A stretch of 64,000 nt of DNA from Octopus bimaculoides. Its lineage: Eukaryota. The stretch covers positions 75,187,659 through 75,251,658 of the forward strand of contig NC_068991.1 in NCBI RefSeq assembly GCF_001194135.2. Reading direction: 5' to 3'. The position numbers and the translations under genes were made by a program. Each line of letters opens with the position of its first letter. Position 1 is the stretch's first letter. Positions 24,941-40,124 of this stretch are shown here, piece after piece. The notes beneath the pieces are model-generated. The model worked only from the letters and a program-made list of their open reading frames with translations, was not told the DNA's origin and did no database searches.

Positions 24941-25207
24941 CAGTGGTTCCCAAACTTTTTAGGTTGCCGCCCCCTTGGCACCCCCCCCCACTAACTTACC
25001 ACCACAAACAGAGACCTGTTTCTGAAGCAAATTCAAAGCAACTGTATTTCACATATAAAACGTTACCTAATTAGCCTGTTATTTTGTTGTTTTTACATCA
25101 GTCACCCCTTTTGGCTACCATATTATCACCCCACTTTTTTTCAACGCCCCCTTGAAACATTCCACTGCCTCCAAGGTGGGCGGTACTGCCCACTTTGGGA
25201 ACCACTG
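24941..25207. mobile_element. hAT (Charlie/Buster-type) MITE
   Basis: Perfect 14-bp TIRs CAGTGGTTCCCAAA / TTTGGGAACCACTG. The 8-bp flanks (GTCCACAG / GTCTTGAA) are only partly alike. Confidence 0.8.
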
Positions 25208-25466
25208 GTCTTGAACATTCTGCTGTCTGTTTTCATAGCCTCAGTGTTAGTGAGTTTGTCTTGCATTGCATAAGGATAGACATTCCACACTACCTTATGT
25301 GGTGGTCATACCTTCAAGAGAGCCTGTCCAAGAAAGTGAAGGAGGAGAAAGACTAGGGATTGAAAGGGAGAAAGTGAAGAGACTAGAATAGAAGTGAGAG
25401 GGTGAGAGAAAGAAAAGGGGTAAGAATGAAGGGAAGAGAGAGAGAGAATTACTTGTTAATACAAAT

Positions 25467-25505
<39 letters not shown>

Positions 25506-25944
25506 CACACACACACACACATGCATACATATGATAAAATTCAGTTAATGGGAAGAGTTAGTGCACTTTACATTTTCTGTGTGTATATACCTCAAAATTC
25601 TTTCAATCATTTTGAATTATTCACGTGATTCTTGTTGGAAAAGTATGAGTCTGGTGTGTTTTAATTTGTCTTGGAATCACAGTCTCGTTTAATATCCGTT
25701 TGAAATAACATATGGTTTTATACCCAAGTTTGTTAGTGAATGAATTATTAACTATGTTTTGTTCAATCCAGATATATAGCATATACATTTGTAACATGTT
25801 TAATCTTTTCCAATAACTTACACTGCTGGAGGATATCAAATGCACAATTCTAAGAAGTAGCTTAATGATGTGTCTCATATTTTTGCAAACACTTGTTGCT
25901 ATTGTGTGTGTAAGTATGAGTGTGCTTGCATTTATAAGTGTCTT

Positions 25945-25997
<53 letters not shown>

Positions 25998-26150
25998 AGA
26001 ATGGTGTCTGAGTTGTTTTTCTTTGCAAGAAATTATTAGTAGCTTATAAAAATATACACTGTGTTTATTAATCTCTCACCAGATGGAGTACTATTATTTG
26101 TTGATTTTACCTTCACAGAACAGTACACTATATATATATATGTACATAGG

Positions 26151-26184
<34 letters not shown>

Positions 26185-26394
26185 CCTATGTACATAATAT
26201 AAATATTTAAATATTACAAAACTTGGCTGTAAGAGAAATATAAAAGTAAATACATTCCTTCTATACTTTTGATGGCTGGGAAAAATAGAGAACTGAATCT
26301 CCAGACAGATTATTTTACAGTCCAATGGCTGCTCCTCAGAGAAGACATACCGACTTTCCTGCCCCACTCAACAGTGTAAGATATCTAACTATCG

Positions 26395-26760
26395 TGGCAC
26401 TCTGTTGGTTGCAACGACAAGGGTTCCAGTTGATCCGGTCAACGGAACAGCCTGCTCGTGAAGTTAACGTGCAAAATGGCTGAGCACTGTGTACCCTTAT
26501 CGTAGTTCTCAGGGAGATTCGCCGTGACACAGAGTGTTACAAGGCTGGCCCCTTTGAAATACAGGTACAACAGAAACAGGAAGAAGGAGCGAGAGGAAGT
26601 GGTGGTGAAAGAGTACAGCAGGGTTCGCCACCACCCCATGCTGGAACCTTCTGGAGTTTTAGGTGTTTTTGCTCAATAAACACTCACAATGCCCAGTCTG
26701 GGAATTGAAACCATGATCCTACGACCATGAGTCCGCCGCCCTAACCACTGAGCCATTGTA
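26395..26760 (-). mobile_element. tRNA-derived SINE family D (related + copy at 40423-40700)
   Basis: tRNA-like head plus the shared central block TTTCAAAGGGCCAGCCTTG...ATCTCCCTGAGAACTACG...GTTCCGTTGA. Confidence 0.75.
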
Positions 26761-28040
26761 CCATCACATCTAACTATAATATAAAGGCAGTCATAAATTA
26801 GGCTACCACCATAATGGACAACTTGATTTGAATATTTGCTTTTAATGGTTAGTCATTAACCAATCTATATATTGTGAAAACAGAATCACAGTTGACATTA
26901 CAACTGGTTGTTCTGTGCTTTTGAAAGATCTGTGGGATACAAAATATCTTTTTTGAAAAACACCTATGGGTCAGTGACAGAAAGAGCATCCAGTCGTAGA
27001 ATCCTGCCTCAAATGAGTCCCGTTTTAACCTATGTTAATATTTGGAAAACATTTTAATTGAATAGAGGAGTCTCTGGATGTATACATATATAACAGTTAT
27101 TAAAAGATTCAGTCTTCAGATGCTTTTTTTCAGCACATATGCGTGTGTGTGATGGGGTGTATGTTCATGTCTTCTTTTCTTGATTGATGTAGCATTTTTG
27201 TTGTAAATGAGTTCCACCGTCATACAAGCAGTGTCTCATTTCCAATGTTCTACAAAGACATGTCTGGGCATGGGGGGGGGGATATTTCTTTGCAGGGAAA
27301 GAGGGTCAGGGCTGGCAACAGGGTGAGCATCCAGACATAGGAAACCCTGTCTCAATGACCTCTGTCTGGCCCTTGATAAGCACGGACAATCAGGCATTAG
27401 AATAATGCTCATGATGATGATGATGGTGGTGGTGATGATGATGATGATGATGATGATGACATATATACAGCCAATTTAACAACCTGCTATAGACTTTTAG
27501 CAAATCATTCTGAAATTAGAAGTTGTATTTGTATTCTTTTGTTTGTCTTTTATTCTCTTTCTAACTTTATTGTTCCGACAGAAGATTTGCAGCCGCCGCT
27601 TTAACACCATTAATGCAAATAATCCATTCTAAAACCAATCATTCCAGAACATCTTAAAGCAATAAAGATTATCTTCTTTCCCTACTATTAAGAATCACAT
27701 GTGTGATTTTTATCTTCTCTGTTTTTCTGCTTCTATATACGTACACATGTCTCCTTGTATATGATATTATGATGCCAGTTTGAATGATGGTATGTATAAA
27801 TAACCAACTCTGAATGAACAAACCTTATAATTTTCTCTAAAGTAAGAAAAACAAAACATAGCAGCAACAACAACATCAACAACAGCAACAATAATAATAA
27901 TAATGACAAAGGGATTAAGTTGATTACATCGACTCCAGTGCGTAACTGGTACTTAATTTATCGACCCCGAAAAGATGAAAGGCAAAGTCGACCTTGGCGG
28001 AATTTGAACTCAGAACGTAACGGCAGACGAAAACCCTAAC

Positions 28041-28087
<47 letters not shown>

Positions 28088-28133
28088 TAATATAATAATG
28101 ATAATAATGATGATAATAATAATAATAATGATA

Positions 28134-28186
<53 letters not shown>

Positions 28187-28464
28187 AAATATGAAATAGG
28201 GCTAAAGGAATAAATTTACTTTCATGTAATTCTTTAATGCATATTGAATGGAATTTATTATTTGTTTGATTTCTCAAATTTATTTTATTATTTTTTTTTT
28301 CTTTAATTTAGTTGTTGAATTCAATAGAGTTATATTTTACTCGTTTCTTCTTTTAATGTTGAATCTTCCCTTGACTTTATTTATGGTCTTCGTTTCTCCA
28401 GTTCTATGTTATTCCCATTGATTTACTCTCAAAGCAATGAAGACTTTTCATAATTTTCTCTTTT

Positions 28465-28522
<58 letters not shown>

Positions 28523-28526
28523 CTAG

Positions 28527-28725
28527 GTTCTCTTCCCTTTGTTGGGAGATGTACAGAAACTTTCCAGTCGAGCGTCCACATGCAAGGAGGAGTCATCTAC
28601 TGGTAATATCTTGATCCACCACTCGCGAGATACCGCAGAAAAGCAGTGGGCTGAAACACGGGTCCTTACTTTAGCTGGAGTAGCACGCACCTTTAACTCA
28701 AAGCGATCGATTTTGCAAACAATAG
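28527..28725 (+). CDS. MON2: MON2 homolog, internal exon C
   Basis: Follows a (TC)n polypyrimidine tract; cctAG|GTT...ATA G|GTaaat. Encodes [11 protein letters not shown]...[41 protein letters not shown] (human: [29 protein letters not shown]). 199 nt, ends in phase 1. Confidence 0.96.
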
Positions 28726-31680
28726 GTAAATGCTTATTGCTATTTCAGCTGTTATTATTTCTTTGTAGAATTAAAAGAAAAAAAGGCAGCGATCATATTA
28801 ATTTTCAGCTTCTCCGACATTGGTGGTTGGGAAACTTGTGAGGAAACCATGATTCATGAGCTGTGACAGTAGGAGACGAAACAGCAATATATTGAGAGCA
28901 GAAACCTCATTTGAACACTTGGAAAAGATGGCACTCTGCAAAAGTCATCCAGGTGCCAGGTGATGTTATGAAACTGAACGACAGATTTGGTCTATGATAC
29001 AAAGACTTTAAGGTCTCTCATAGGAACAGCTGGAATATTTTTTACTTATTGAAAATTACTTGTGGCATACTTAGATTGTTGAAAAAATCGATAATCGGGC
29101 CCCTCCAATTGATCTACATATTACTAATATTTTATTTACTACATATTACTAATATTTTATTTAAACAACCAAAGGGAAATAACCCATACCACCTGCAGTT
29201 TTTAGTGAAGTGATCAATATTTGATTCTTATGATCAGCTGACCTAATTCTGCATTTCACTTCTCAGTTTTGAACTGCTAAACATTGTTATTGTACTTCCT
29301 TGATTTGAATCTTAAACCTTAAAGATTTCATTCATACATTTCTATACATGCATACTTTTTTGAATGCCCTTTACTCTGATAATTCTGCATATTTACAGTT
29401 ACACTTTTTCCATGACAGTAGATAGATTTTTTATTCCACAACTTATTTGTAGTGGCTTCATGCAGGCATATCATGGATTCGATCTTCGATTGCCTAATGT
29501 CACTTCAACAGAGCTTTTCTCACGGTAAAACAATAGCTCTTTTGTGAATGACAACAGTTATACATTTCCCAGATGCCTTCGCTAAGCAGAATAATGTCTT
29601 TGCCACTTGACCCTTCTAACTTCGTCTAGGCCACCAGGGGTTAGAATGGAGATAACAGACCTCCAACGAAATCATTTGTTCTCAACAATATGTCTATCCT
29701 TCTGGCTGCTTTTCGATAGTTGTAAAAACACGAACTCCGTAAGCTAAAGGCAGTTACTGAGAGCGACCATCAGTGACCGTGAATGTTATTATTGCACTTT
29801 CTTCATTTCATTCTTAAACATTAAACACTTCATTCATATATTTATACACATATATACTACATTTATACATTACCTTTAATAAATTAGCCTTCATAAAGTT
29901 CACCGTTCAAATGCCACGATGAGTCAGAGTACTTTCTTGCCAACCTCTGAAAACCTGTCTCGCAAACCTCCAACAATCTCTCCCTCCTCCAGCTGACAAC
30001 TTTTTGTAATTTTTCTTGTGATGGAAAATACACTTTTTGTGGCAGTTATAAAGAAATTGCTTTCTTATATCAGAGTAATAAGGTGTTTCAATAGAACATG
30101 ACCCCAGCAATTACCGGGCACACCAGCTAGTGATGCATATATACATCTTCACTTCATACCAAGGAGCTTCTACAAAGTCATGCAAAATGTTAAAAATAGC
30201 AGCCAACTTTCTGAGCTACACTATACTGTATTAAAATATTCAGCAATGTGCTCCTACAATTTCAATTCTTGAAATTAAGTCAGGGTGATCACAAATGGAT
30301 ATTTTTTGGATGAAGGCTTTCTCACTTAAATAATAAAACTAATTATATCAAGAAAGCAACAAGACGTTTGAACAAAAATGAAAAGAAGTTTAATTGAAAA
30401 TTAAGTAAATTTCGAAACCTTTAAAATATATTAGTGCCACCAAACTTTCCCAAGTTTAGAAGAATTAGATCTTGGAATGTTTAGATTAGAAAGATATGTT
30501 ATGCTTTATATAATTATGCTTTAGCATAATTTTGCTTAACCTTTTTTCAAAAAGTTTTGTTGATTTTAGCAAATCAGTAAGAAGTAAGGGTTGTGCACCA
30601 ATTAATTGCATTTGATGCACCAACTCAAAATCTAAAGATGGACAAAATGCTCGTAATCTTTTTGCCTGACATGGTAATGATGCTGCCAGCTCACAACCTC
30701 AGATTGGCATTAATTATGTTGAGCCCTGAAAGAATGAAAGACAAAGTTGATCTTAACAGGATTTGAACTCCAGTTGCAGAGAGTCAGAACAAATGCCACA
30801 ACATTCTATCCAACACTGCAACAACTACACAACTTCTACATTTAAATGGTATGAATATACATTATAAAGCTGAAAAATTTAAATCAGGGAATCACCATTC
30901 TCCATGTCATTTGACCCCTATTTTTCCATTTGTCCCTTATTTTCTACACTAGCATGGATTAGAGTGGACAAGTCATCACAGTATGAGTTAATTCTTCTTT
31001 GGAGTTACTACTCTCTTAAAGAAGTTGAAGGACGAGGTATCAATGGCCATACAAGAAATCAAGCAAGAAGGCCTGAATTAGCAGCAAATTGCTATATGTT
31101 AACATGCCAATGCCGTTTATGAATTATGTAGAAAAATGTAAAATGAAAATGCAAGAAATATCATAAATAAAGAACTTGTCTATCAGCTTCCCTTCATCAC
31201 AATATTTCTTTTGTGCTATCGACATAAAACGTTGGAATTTATCAAGAAAATGGTGTAAATTCAAAACTGTTGAACAATAACATTAATATCCCTTCTCGCT
31301 TTAGTGTGCACGCAGTGTTCTGTTTCTGTAAATATGCAACACCACAATGATTGATTATACAGTATGCTGACTGTTAAGTTGTTATTTAACCCTAGGTCAG
31401 CTTTGACCGAGCAGACCAATGGTCAAAGATGGTCAAGTCAGGCCATTTCTGTCCTGGTTGTTGTTTGCTTTTGTTTATCTTCATTTATTTTTTCATTTAT
31501 TTCATTTGTAGGCTCAGGAGTGGCTGTGTGGTAAGTAGCTTGCTTACCAACCACATGGTTCTGGGTTCAGTCCCACTGCATGCACCTTGGGCAAGTGTCT
31601 GCTACTATAGCCTCGGGTCAACCAAAGCCTTGTGAGTGGATTTGGATGACAGAAACTGAAAGAAGCCCATCGTTTATATG

Positions 31681-31711
<31 letters not shown>

Positions 31712-32274
31712 ATATGTTTGTGTGTCTGTGTTTGTCCCCCCAACTCCGCCTGACAACCAATGCTGGTGTGTAACTTAGCGGTGTTCGGCAAAAGAGACCG
31801 ATAGAATAAGTACCAGGCTTACAAAAAAATAAATCTTGGGGTCAATTTGCTCGACTAAAGGCGGTGCTCCAGCATGGCCAGAGTCAAATGGCTGAAACAA
31901 GTAAAAGAATAAAGAGTTATTAGTAATATTGCTAAGCAAAAATAAAAGTGGATGGATTTCAGTGAATGCATGTGGCGTATTGGTAAGGGTGTTACACTTA
32001 CGATTGTGAAATCTTGGGTGTCAATTCCCAGGCCTGGCATTGTGCCCTTGAGCAAAACACTTCATTTCAAGTTACTTCAGTCTGCTCAGCCGTAAATGAA
32101 TTCCAACAATAGCTGGGAAGTTAACCCTGTGACAGATTTGCAGCCCCTTTAAAGTGGGGATAGCTGTAATCTCATTCCTTATACATCATGGAAAGCAGGT
32201 TAAGTTTTGGTGTTAGGAATCATTCGTTCATGAGAGAAAAATACTGTAATACACCTCAGCTTACAATATCCAAT

Positions 32275-32276
32275 TT

Positions 32277-32346
<70 letters not shown>

Positions 32347-32404
32347 TTCCTTCCTTCCTTCCTTCCTTCCTTCCTTCCTTCCTTCCTTCCTTCCTTTCTT
32401 TCTT
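32275..32404. repeat. (TTTC)n/(TTCC)n tetranucleotide microsatellite running into a gap
   Basis: Seen directly. Confidence 0.95.
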
Positions 32405-33122
32405 NNNNNNNNNNNNNNNNNNNNNNNNNNNNNNNNNNNNNNNNNNNNNNNNNNNNNNNNNNNNNNNNNNNNNNNNNNNNNNNNNNNNNNNNNNNNNNNN
32501 NNNNNNNNNNNNNNNNNNNNNNNNNNNNNNNNNNNNNNNNNNNNNNNNNNNNNNNNNNNNNNNNNNNNNNNNNNNNNNNNNNNNNNNNNNNNNNNNNNNN
32601 NNNNNNNNNNNNNNNNNNNNNNNNNNNNNNNNNNNNNNNNNNNNNNNNNNNNNNNNNNNNNNNNNNNNNNNNNNNNNNNNNNNNNNNNNNNNNNNNNNNN
32701 NNNNNNNNNNNNNNNNNNNNNNNNNNNNNNNNNNNNNNNNNNNNNNNNNNNNNNNNNNNNNNNNNNNNNNNNNNNNNNNNNNNNNNNNNNNNNNNNNNNN
32801 NNNNNNNNNNNNNNNNNNNNNNNNNNNNNNNNNNNNNNNNNNNNNNNNNNNNNNNNNNNNNNNNNNNNNNNNNNNNNNNNNNNNNNNNNNNNNNNNNNNN
32901 NNNNNNNNNNNNNNNNNNNNNNNNNNNNNNNNNNNNNNNNNNNNNNNNNNNNNNNNNNNNNNNNNNNNNNNNNNNNNNNNNNNNNNNNNNNNNNNNNNNN
33001 NNNNNNNNNNNNNNNNNNNNNNNTGTTTCTTAAATGGCTTTATAAACACCTTCTACGCTGCAATTGTTTTCATTCCAGCACACGATCTCAGATCAGGTCG
33101 CTTGTTACGCAAGTACATCTCC

Positions 33123-33160
<38 letters not shown>

Positions 33161-34026
33161 ACAGGCTTTTTTCAGTTTCCTTCTACCAAATCCACCCACA
33201 AGGCTTTGGTCAGCCCAAGGCTATAGTGGAAGATACTTACCCAAGATGGCACACAGTGGGACTGAACCTAGAACCATGTGGTTGGGAAGCAGGCTTCTTA
33301 CCACACAGCCATGCCTGTAATTTTATATAAGAACATTTCGTTATGTTCTAAGATACTTGTTCAATTTGGAAATTACTGTAAATATTAGGTATTTCAATAG
33401 AAGCAAACTGAATTTTTGATTATTTGAAAAAATTATAGAAGCACAGTTTATTTCTTTAGAAATATGGAATCAAAAGAACCAAGTGTGTAAGTTGTGGTGT
33501 GAGAGCAATTTGTGTGCTGTTTCTAACAGGTGAAATCTTCACCTGGAGATTTCATTGTTGGCTTCTTCATAACAGTTTATTACCTATGGCAATTCAGGTG
33601 GCAGTGTATTTTAGTTTATCACACCATTTAAAAACAATGGTGTCTTTGGAAGTCATCATTTTTATTATGTCTTCTATGTTTTCGTTAGTTTACTAGCTGG
33701 GAGGTAAATATTTTATGAAAATTGCTTTTTAATTGTTCAATTTAGTTACCAATAACTGAACATAACAAAAGATGTGGAGTTTTTGTTTAATTTAATTTTT
33801 TTTTTTTCTGTAATAATCTCAAGTGGAATACAAGTACAGAATGACCAAGCCATTTATCAGTCTATGGGAGCGAATAAACAATTCTTTTAGAACAAAGATT
33901 TGTGCCCTTTGTTAGTCTGGATTATAGCATGGCTCTTATCTGAATGGTATTTTAGCTGTTTTGAGAGGCTTGTCTATCACTGTCACAAAATTTTTTGTGT
34001 CAGGAGTTATATACATATGTGATTAA

Positions 34027-34060
<34 letters not shown>

Positions 34061-34955
34061 GTGCATGTGTTTAATGTAAATGTGAATAGATTGGCTCAGG
34101 TATGATTGTGTGATTAAGCAGTTCATTTTCCCAGGTGCCTGTACCACATAAAAAGCACCCGTGCTGGTGCCACATAAAAGCACTCATGCCAGTGCTGTGT
34201 AGTGGCCTCCTGTATACTCTGTAAAGTGCTTGGCATTAGGAAGGGCCTCCGTCCATAGTGACAATGCCAAAACAGACATGGAACCCAGGCAGGTCTCTGG
34301 CTGACCAGCTTCTATCAAACTGTCCAACCCATGGCAGCATGGAAAACGGACATCAAATGATGATGATGATGGTTCTGGGTTCAATTCTATCTTACTGCAT
34401 AGCACTTATGACCAGTGTCTTCTAACCCAACTATGCGCTGACCAGTGACGTTCAGTGATATTTAGTAACCAGGATCTTCAGACGCCAATTATGTATGTCA
34501 GCATGTAGAACATTTGTTATGTGATGATGACGAAGATGATGATGTATATGTATGTACGCATGATCAACAGAGGACGAAAACCAATTCATTTGAATAGAAA
34601 TCCCATGTGGTTTTTTACATCTAAGTTGTCTCCTTTTATGTCAGTATCCACTGGAGATTATGCATCATACGGTTATACGATAATTATAAAATAAATACCA
34701 GTCGAAACACTAGGGTTGATGCTCCAGGTTACAGTTCAATGACTCAGACAGAAAAAGAATATAAAACGAATATAGCTAATCAATGAAAATTAACTCGAAA
34801 AAATATGAAACATCTAAAGACTTGGTATTTTGCAGAATTAAATTATTTATTCCAAGAACACCATAGTAGTGTATAATGGCTTTTTGACTTCATTTTTCTA
34901 ATTTTCCCTATCACTCTGTGTGTGTATTTATATATACATACGTATATACATACAT

Positions 34956-34987
<32 letters not shown>

Positions 34988-36309
34988 CATCATCATCGTT
35001 TAACGTCCGCTTTCCATGCTAGCATGGGTTGGACGATTTGACTGAGGACTGGTGCAATCGGATGGCTACACCAGGCTCCAATCTAGTTTGGCAGAGTTTC
35101 TACAGCTGGATGCCCTTCCTAACGTCAACCACTCAGAGAGTGTAGTGGGTGCTTTTACGTGTCACCCGCACGAAAACGGCCATGCTCNNNNNNNNNNNNN
35201 NNNNNNNNNNNNNNNNNNNNNNNNNNNNNNNNNNNNNNNNNNNNNNNNNNNNNNNNNNNNNNNNNNNNNNNNNNNNNNNNNNNNNNNNNNNNNNNNNNNN
35301 NNNNNNNNNNNNNNNNNNNNNNNNNNNNNNNNNNNNNNNNNNNNNNNNNNNNNNNNNNNNNNNNNNNNNNNNNNNNNNNNNNNNNNNNNNNNNNNNNNNN
35401 NNNNNNNNNNNNNNNNNNNNNNNNNNNNNNNNNNNNNNNNNNNNNNNNNNNNNNNNNNNNNNNNNNNNNNNNNNNNNNNNNNNNNNNNNNNNNNNNNNNN
35501 NNNNNNNNNNNNNNNNNNNNNNNNNNNNNNNNNNNNNNNNNNNNNNNNNNNNNNNNNNNNNNNNNNNNNNNNNNNNNNNNNNNNNNNNNNNNNNNNNNNN
35601 NNNNNNNNNNNNNNNNNNNNNNNNNNNNNNNNNNNNNNNNNNNNNNNNNNNNNNNNNNNNNNNNNNNNNNNNNNNNNNNNNNNNNNNNNNNNNNNNNNNN
35701 NNNNNNNNTATATATATATATATATATATATGTGCATGTGTGAGCACAGGACGTCACAAAATGTGTACTACAAAAAAGTACGAAGCACGAGTACATGGAA
35801 CATGAACTGTTCTTTCGAACAATGAAAGACACAAATGGAAAACAAAACAAGCGACATGAAGAACGACCCTTCATCAGATGTTGGCTGTTTTTCTTGTCTC
35901 ATATTTCGAGCATTTAACAACAATATACACTTTCGATAAAACAGTTGCTCCCGCAAAATAAATTAAATAAAATTTGGGATTTTGCGGCAGGTCAAAATTG
36001 GTAACACAATATATGTGTGTATGTGTATGTATGTATATATATATATATATCTTGTGCCAGTGGCATGTAAAAAGCACCATTTGGGTGTAGTCAATGCCAG
36101 TGCCACCTGACTGGCCCTCGAACCGGTGGCACGTAATAAGCACCCACTACACTCTCAGAGTGGTTGACGTTAGGAAGGGCATCCAGTTGTAGAAACCTTA
36201 CCAGATCAGATTGGAGCCTGGTGCAGCCTCCTGGTTTGCCAGTCCTCAGTCAAACTGTCCAACCCATACCAGCATGGAAGTAGACGTTAAATGACGATGA
36301 TGATGATAT

Positions 36310-36347
<38 letters not shown>

Positions 36348-36712
36348 GTTTGTGTGCATGGATCCTCTCTTCTAAAATGTGAGTAGTCATTTAGCAAGAA
36401 ACCAGTTCTGCTCACGGCCATTTTCTCATAGTTTTAGCCCCTCATCTCTGTGTGTTAAGTTGCTCCTTAGGTGTTCGTAGTTTTGAAAGATGCATGGCAA
36501 CATCATTAGTGCTGGTAGCATGTGAACAGCATCCAGTACATGTTGTAAAGTGGTTGGTGTTAGAAAGGGTATCAAGCCATAGAAACCATGCCAGGGCTGA
36601 CACTGGGGCACTATGCAGTCTTTGGGGCCACTGGATCCTATTGAACTATCCCTCTGATACCAGCATGGATCATGGATGTTAACTGATGATGTTGATGATA
36701 TATCAGCAACAT

Positions 36713-36760
<48 letters not shown>

Positions 36761-37172
36761 TTGATGTTTGTTGTCTATGCTTGCGTGGGTTGGACAATTT
36801 GACCAGAGCTGGAAAGCTGCATCAGACTCCTGTCTGGTTTGACATGGTTGCTCCAGCTGGATGCCCTTCCTAACACCATATGAAAAGCCACTTTTCAGAG
36901 TGTGTTGGGTGTTTTTACATGTCATCACATATAAATGCATANNNNNNNNNNNNNNNNNNNNNNNNNNNNNNNNNNNNNNNNNNNNNNNNNNNNNNNNNNN
37001 NNNNNNNNNNNNNNNNNNNNNNNNNNNNNNNNNNNNNNNNNNNNNNNNNNNNNNNNNNNNNNNNNNNNNNNNNNNNNNNNNNNNNNNNNNNNNNNNNNNN
37101 NNNNNNNNNNNNNNNNNNNNNNNNNNNNNNNNNNNNNNNNNNNNNNNNNNNNNNNNNNNNNNNNNNNNNNNN

Positions 37173-37205
<33 letters not shown>

Positions 37206-37257
37206 ATATATATATATGTATATATGCACACACACACACACATATACACATATATTA

Positions 37258-37592
37258 AGGGTAAGGATCCCCTTCGGTCATGAATGACCATGGTATTGTT
37301 CTGAGAAAGTTCCCCTCTGAGGCACAAGTCCAGGCAAGGCTGTTTATGGAAGACCAGCAGTTTCCCATGCATATCAGCTTCCCCCTCCTCTATGCCACCA
37401 ATGTTATCCAAAGGAATGGCAAACTCTGATACAGCTTGGCACCAGTGACATCACAACTCCTTTCTACGGTTCATTGAACTGGAGCAATGTTAAACGAAGT
37501 GTCTTGCTGAAGAACACAATACACAGCCCGGTCCAGGAATCAAACTCACTACCTCATGATTGTAAACCCAATGCTCTAACCACTGAGCAATA
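37258..37592 (-). mobile_element. tRNA-derived SINE (distinct body)
   Basis: Minus-strand head TTGCTCAGTGGTTAGAGC...GAGTTTGATTCC followed by a ~250-nt body. Confidence 0.65.
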
Positions 37593-39221
37593 GGTGCAGG
37601 AGTGGCTGTGTCGTACAAAGCCTGCTTCCCAACCGCATGGTTCTGGATTCAGTCCCACTGCATGGTACCTTGGGCAAGTTTCTTCTATTATAGTGTCAGG
37701 CCAACTGAAGACTTCTGAGCAAATTTGGGAGATGGAAACTCAGAGAAGCCTTCGTATAAATTTATATCTATATGTATGTACTTTTGAGTCTGTATTTGTT
37801 CCCCACCATCGCTTGACCACCAGCATTGGTGGGTGTACATTCCCATAACATAGCAATTTGGCAAAGGAGACTGACAAATTAAGTGCAGGGCTTTAAGAAA
37901 ACGATATAAGTACTGGGGTTGATTTATTTGACTAAAACTTCTTAAAGGCGGTGCCCCAGCATGGCCGCACTCTAATGACTGAAACAAGTAAAAGATAAAA
38001 GATAAAATCATACACACACACACACACACAAATAATTATTCAACCATACATACATAGTATATATGCGTGTGTGTGTGTTTATGGCACATATGTACACGCA
38101 CATTTTCAACCACATATACATTTATGTATATATGTATGTACATATGTGTGTATATTTTTGACTGTTTGTCTCTCTTGGATTGATTATAAAATCTACATTG
38201 AGCCATGTGTTATGTAATTGATGGCGGAAGAAACATATGATGCACTCTGTAACACTTCACTTTTGATGGCGATCTTTTATGTTGGCGTTAAGTAATGTAA
38301 TCAGATATATCATGTTAAGACTACAACAATAAATAATATTTATATTGTTATTGTCCAGAAGTTCAGCAAATACTTTCTCATTGTCACGGACAGAATCATT
38401 CTGGTACCTTCCTCATACACCATGTTGAGATTTCTATATATGCAACCTAAAATATCAGTGTACAGGAGGCTTCTTTATATTTAGACAGACTTGCTTTTCT
38501 ACTCAGCCATTTGAATTACTATTATTAAATTGCTATTATCGAAATTACTATTGTTAGCCATTTCACTAGGATGGAAATCAAGCATAACTCTGGATTCTTC
38601 ATGAAGATTTAGTTCCGAGTAAGCAATGTGCTTGTGATTTTAGTGTATGCATATAAGCTGTAATTTTACTGCTTGGTCCTGGCATGGCAGCATGGTTAAG
38701 AAATTCGTTTTTCAAACCTTGTGGTATTGGGTCCAATCCCACTGTGTGGGATTTTGGGCAAGTGTCTTTTACTATATATAGCCCTGGGCTGATCAAAACC
38801 TTGTGAGTAAATGTGGTAAATTTGATTGATGGAAACTAAGAGAAGCTTGTTATGCATACATGCATGTGTGTATGTAAAACAGAATTTGTATAAACACAGG
38901 ATAAATCACTTGTTACTGTATAAATATAGGATTTTCAGTCTTATAAATGGGAAATATAAATATCCTAAGCAGTACTTTTGAATATATGAGGCTATGATTT
39001 ATTAACTTTGTAATTTACACACACATGCACACACATACACACACACACGTGCACATAGTGTCAATTGACTATTGATGCACACTAAATACATCCATCTATA
39101 CACACTCTTTACCTAAGCACACACACACGCATGCGCGCGCACAGAGTAAGACTTTGATAGCAGTGCACACAAAATACATCCGTCTTATAACACAGACTCA
39201 GTTAAGCACAATCATACGTGA

Positions 39222-39255
<34 letters not shown>

Positions 39256-39336
39256 TGAGTATCAGCACACACAAAATATATCTACCTATACAAAGACCTA
39301 CCTAAACCCCATCACACACACACAGACTCTCAGTCA

Positions 39337-39430
<94 letters not shown>
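39222..39430. repeat. Long (CA)n microsatellite tracts
   Basis: Seen directly. Confidence 0.95.
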
Positions 39431-39433
<3 letters not shown>

Positions 39434-40065
39434 CAATACAGCTCAATATAAACCATCTGAATAATGTTCAGCCACTTATTTGTTTCCTGTTGAAAATATA
39501 CGATTGAAAAATGAGCTCATTCTCTCTCTCTCCCTCTCTCTCTCTCTCCCCCTTTCTCTCTCTCTCCCTCTCGTTTTTAGCAATTTATTTCAAGAGCCAG
39601 ACAACTGATTAAAACCTATGTTACAATCCCTGACAGCATAATATCACTCTTTCTGTCACTACATGGCAGTCTATCTCCGTCTTAAGTATTTCCATCTTAA
39701 TATTACTGTTTCAGAAATATGGTAAAACTAAAAATAACTGCAATTGCTATTCTCAGACTCTATAAGCAGTTTCTGATAATTTTGTCTCCATTTTTGATCA
39801 CGTTCTGTATATATTTGGTGTTATATTGGAAACAGTGTGTCTTGGAACCGTTTCATTAAGTTTAAGATTTTGTTTCTTTCATGCTTAACCCTTTGATACC
39901 AATCTGCCAAAGACAGTCCCTCATATTTCCCACTCTCACTCTAGGTAACTGTTTCTGCCCTCATTCATGTTAACTCTCGCTCTCTTTCTTTCCCTCTCTT
40001 CCCAACCAAAACCTTGTGAGTGGATTTGGTTGACGGAAACTGAAAGAAGCCTGTCATATGCATGT

Positions 40066-40124
<59 letters not shown>

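Noticed and set aside
28659-28661. Arg (CGG) where human MON2 has Trp, as a possible editing site
   Set aside because: It would need C-to-U rather than A-to-I editing, and I have no evidence that Trp is invariant here.
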